From assembly GCF_032444005.1 (NCBI RefSeq), contig NC_091290.1:133610001-133674000 (forward strand): a DNA stretch of 64,000 nucleotides, read 5' to 3'. The notes beneath the pieces were generated by a model that was not told where the DNA came from, ran no database searches, and saw nothing but the letters and a program-made list of their open reading frames with translations. Shown here piece after piece: positions 61,310-64,000 of the stretch; the first letter of the stretch is position 1; each line of letters opens with the position of its first letter. Source of the stretch: Ranitomeya imitator. Lineage: Eukaryota. The translations under genes and the position numbers were made by a program.

Positions 61310-62400
61310 ACGACAAGGCTGTAGCTTCCTCTGCAGATATAATTTCTTGCATTCCTGTCTCCATCCATAGGTGCTGACCTTTGTGACCGCCAGCTCTCTG
61401 GCCTGCCAGCCTGGCTTTTCTTCCAATGAGTATATCATTGCTGTGGACCGCAGGGAGCTGAAGAAGGATAGAAAGCTTGGCACAGGTATGGCATAGCCCC
61501 CTGTTCACCCCTCTCTCAGCCTTCTGTGTGGGTATGATCCCGCCCTCCTGTCCTTCCCAATTTGATACCACTAAAGCCCTGGGAACTGCTTCTTGCACAA
61601 GGTACCTGGCAGGGTTATGGTTAATGAAGGGTGGTATGATGGCTGAGAGCAGCTTCTCTACAATGTTGCAATGTGTTAACACCTTCCTTGCTGTACTGGT
61701 GGTTTCGGTCACCTTGCCTGTGCTCCTATAGGATCACTTCTCCTTACTGTTGGATTCTGTTTTCCTATCTTATTTATTTTCCCCTCTCATTGTATGGACA
61801 TTCATTTGATTATTGATCGCTATCCTCCAGTGCACAGATGCACATGTGTCCTGTCTTCAATAGGTTTTTAATTATTTCCTTCCATGTGTCCAAGTACTGA
61901 GGTCAGAACACAAGATCATGACCTGGTTGTTTCTGTTCTTGGTGTGCTACGGTGCACTTCTTTATAGTATGCAGCGGTGATATAGTCTGATGAAAGTTGC
62001 ACTTTACCTCTTCTGTAATAGGCGATTTTTATTTATTTTTTTTAAATATTGAAGCAATGCATTGTGGGTTTTCTCTTCTTTTTGACTCTAAGGCACCACA
62101 ACCTGCCTGGATCACACCCATCCCCCTCCCCACCTCCATGCATACCATGGCTCAGGTTACCTGCCAGGTCTTTCTTTTCCTCTCCTTCCTTTATAAACAG
62201 ATGTTTTGTCACCTAGTTTCTGTTGTGTCTTATTTCCCAGCCTGATACATTATATCCCGCTGCATCTTGCAGGTTGTGACATCCGGGTTTCAGGTTCTGC
62301 TGTGTTTTACTATAAATAATATGGGATTCCTGAGGGTCTTAGCCGCATTCCTGCAGCATGAGCGAGGGTCAGGTTAGGAGTCTCTGGCCTTGTGAGCTGT
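61310..62400 (-). mobile_element. Possible highly degenerate L1/Tx1-like ORF2 remnant
   Basis: Weak similarity only (IVEKLLSAIIPPFINHN resembles RT-domain ILANRL..IIP.LI); many stops. Confidence 0.3.
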
Positions 62401-62799
62401 TTGCACAGGTCTTATCTTATCATTGTTTGGGAATGTAATATAATTTATTTCTTCTGGCAGCCAGTATTTTACTTGGGACTGGCTCCTGCATACAATGGGC
62501 AATCCTTCAAATGTTTACAATGTAGCAAATCTGGTGCATGGTATCACAAAAGTAAATGTAGCACCTTTCATTTAAGCCCTAGCAATCTGCTGACCTCCAA
62601 TATACCAAGTGTGCACGTGTTCAGCTGGGACAGTGGCGTAAGCGTCGCCTATAACATGACGCACCCAATCCTTCTCTGCTTGTTAGAGCCCCCATACACA
62701 TTAGATATTTTTTTTTTTTTACTATATTGTTTATAAACTACTTTAATTGAAAGCTCAACCAATGCAATCCCTCGCCGGATGATTATTTTAGCACTAAAA

Positions 62800-63205
62800 T
62801 ATTTTGCAAGCTGATGGGTAAGTCCCTCTGGGTCTAAAGCTATGAAGGAGCATAGTTTCTGTGCTAGTCCAAGAAAAGACCAACAATTGGAGACTTAATA
62901 GCGGTCTACAAATATCTGAATGGCTGTCAGTGTAGAGGGATCATCATTATTCTCATTTGCACATGGGAACACGAGAAGCATTGGGATGAAGCTGAATGGG
63001 AGAAGAGATTAGATATTAGAAAACTTTTTGACAGTGAGGGTGATCAATGAGTGGAACAGGCTGTCACGAGAGGTGGTGAGTTCTCCTTCAATTGAAGTCA
63101 TCAAACAAAGGCTGGATGGACATCTGTCTGAGATGGTTTAGTGACTCCAGCATTGAACAGAGGGTTGGACTAGATGACCCTGGAGGTCCCTTCCAATTCT
63201 TCTAT
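62800..63205 (+). mobile_element. Degenerate CR1 3' fragment
   Basis: Homologous to the CR1 tail pattern (RGDLI..YKYL, TVRVINEWN, GLD...SLEVPSN). Confidence 0.8.
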
Positions 63206-63479
63206 ATAGCCAATACAGACTAAAGTGTTTGATCATCGTTGTTAAGCAATAAACTAATTTCTAATATATATGACCACCTTTCCCTGCCAATCAAGGCTTG
63301 TTCATCTGAGAGGTTCTGCAACCTGTGCCTCTAGAGGCTTTGGCAAGATTATGTATTTACTTGGGTGCTGTGGGTTACAAAACGCTTGTGGTTAGCTCGA
63401 CAATAACAAATGATTGACGGTTCATTCTTGACCAAATGCTGGCAATGAAACCCTAGTTCAGGGTGCCACTTTAGAGTAA

Positions 63480-63690
63480 GTCATCATAATGGCACTGTCA
63501 CCTTTTAAGCACTGTTTCCTTGCCACTCTGGGTTCAAGTCCCACCAAGTATATCTGCAAGGAGTTTGTTTTCTCCCGGGTTTCCTCCCACGCTACCGACA
63601 TGCTGATGGGGAATCTAGATTGAGCCCCAATGGGGACAGTGATGTCGTTAAAGAGTTGGAACATGATGGGGCTACATAAGCAATGCATAA
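63480..63690 (+). mobile_element. tRNA-derived SINE remnant (V-SINE-like)
   Basis: Box-B-like GGGTTCAAGTCCC, body GGAGTTTG...TTCTCCC...GGGTTTCCTCCCAC and an L2-like tail GATTG.GAGCCCCAATGGGGACAG. Confidence 0.55.
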
Positions 63691-64000
63691 TGTGACAACC
63701 AGTAGAGATGGAGTAAGTTTTTTTGTTTTCTCTACTGATCTATTAGGTTGTCCAGCAGCTGAATAGTTTGGCGTTTTTTAGCTGATGGCTGCTCTAGTGC
63801 AATCCAGAATCCTCAACAGATTCCAAATTAATCAGTGGACTCTATGGACTCTTCTACTGACATCTATAGGACAGGGATGCAAAACTATGGCATGCAATTC
63901 TTATGTGCAGTCTTGGGGAAAATACTACAAAAGTTGTCATGTAGCCCCCAAACCTTGAAAAGCTAAAGAATTTCTAATCGTCTCCTCCTTGGCTCTGCAT

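Noticed and set aside
62270-62370. Segment after ttgcag (VVTSGFQ...) as exon 2 of the plus-strand cadherin
   Set aside because: Lacks CxPGF and LERGR, and reaches a stop before any suitable donor.

Overview
Eukaryotic (anuran frog-like) genomic DNA, so most entries in the ORF track are exon fragments or repeat artefacts. Assembling exons by hand gives four gene units. (1) A complete 4-exon urah (5-hydroxyisourate hydrolase) on the minus strand, 2054-5710, with a PTS2 signal and intact catalytic motifs. (2) An open, splice-intact type I (CDH1/CDH3/EP-cadherin-like) cadherin on the minus strand, 6431-16877. It has a signal peptide, prodomain, furin site, EC1 and EC2, then stops: no EC3-5, TM or tail exons are visible in the window. 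It has also lost Trp2, the HAV motif and the EC2-EC3 calcium ligands, and its last exon is in phase with urah exon 2. (3) A complete 40-exon nup210l on the plus strand, 26708-51092 (about 1855 aa). (4) An E-cadherin-like promoter and probable first coding exon of a second cadherin on the plus strand at 60230-60479. Between and inside the genes are three near-full-length Tc1 elements, a young self-priming chromovirus-type Gypsy LTR element nested in one Tc1, MITEs, CR1/L2 fragments, several minisatellites and three short N gaps. The best candidate for an undescribed system is the two-domain, probably secreted cadherin and its possible in-frame fusion to the tetrameric HIUase.
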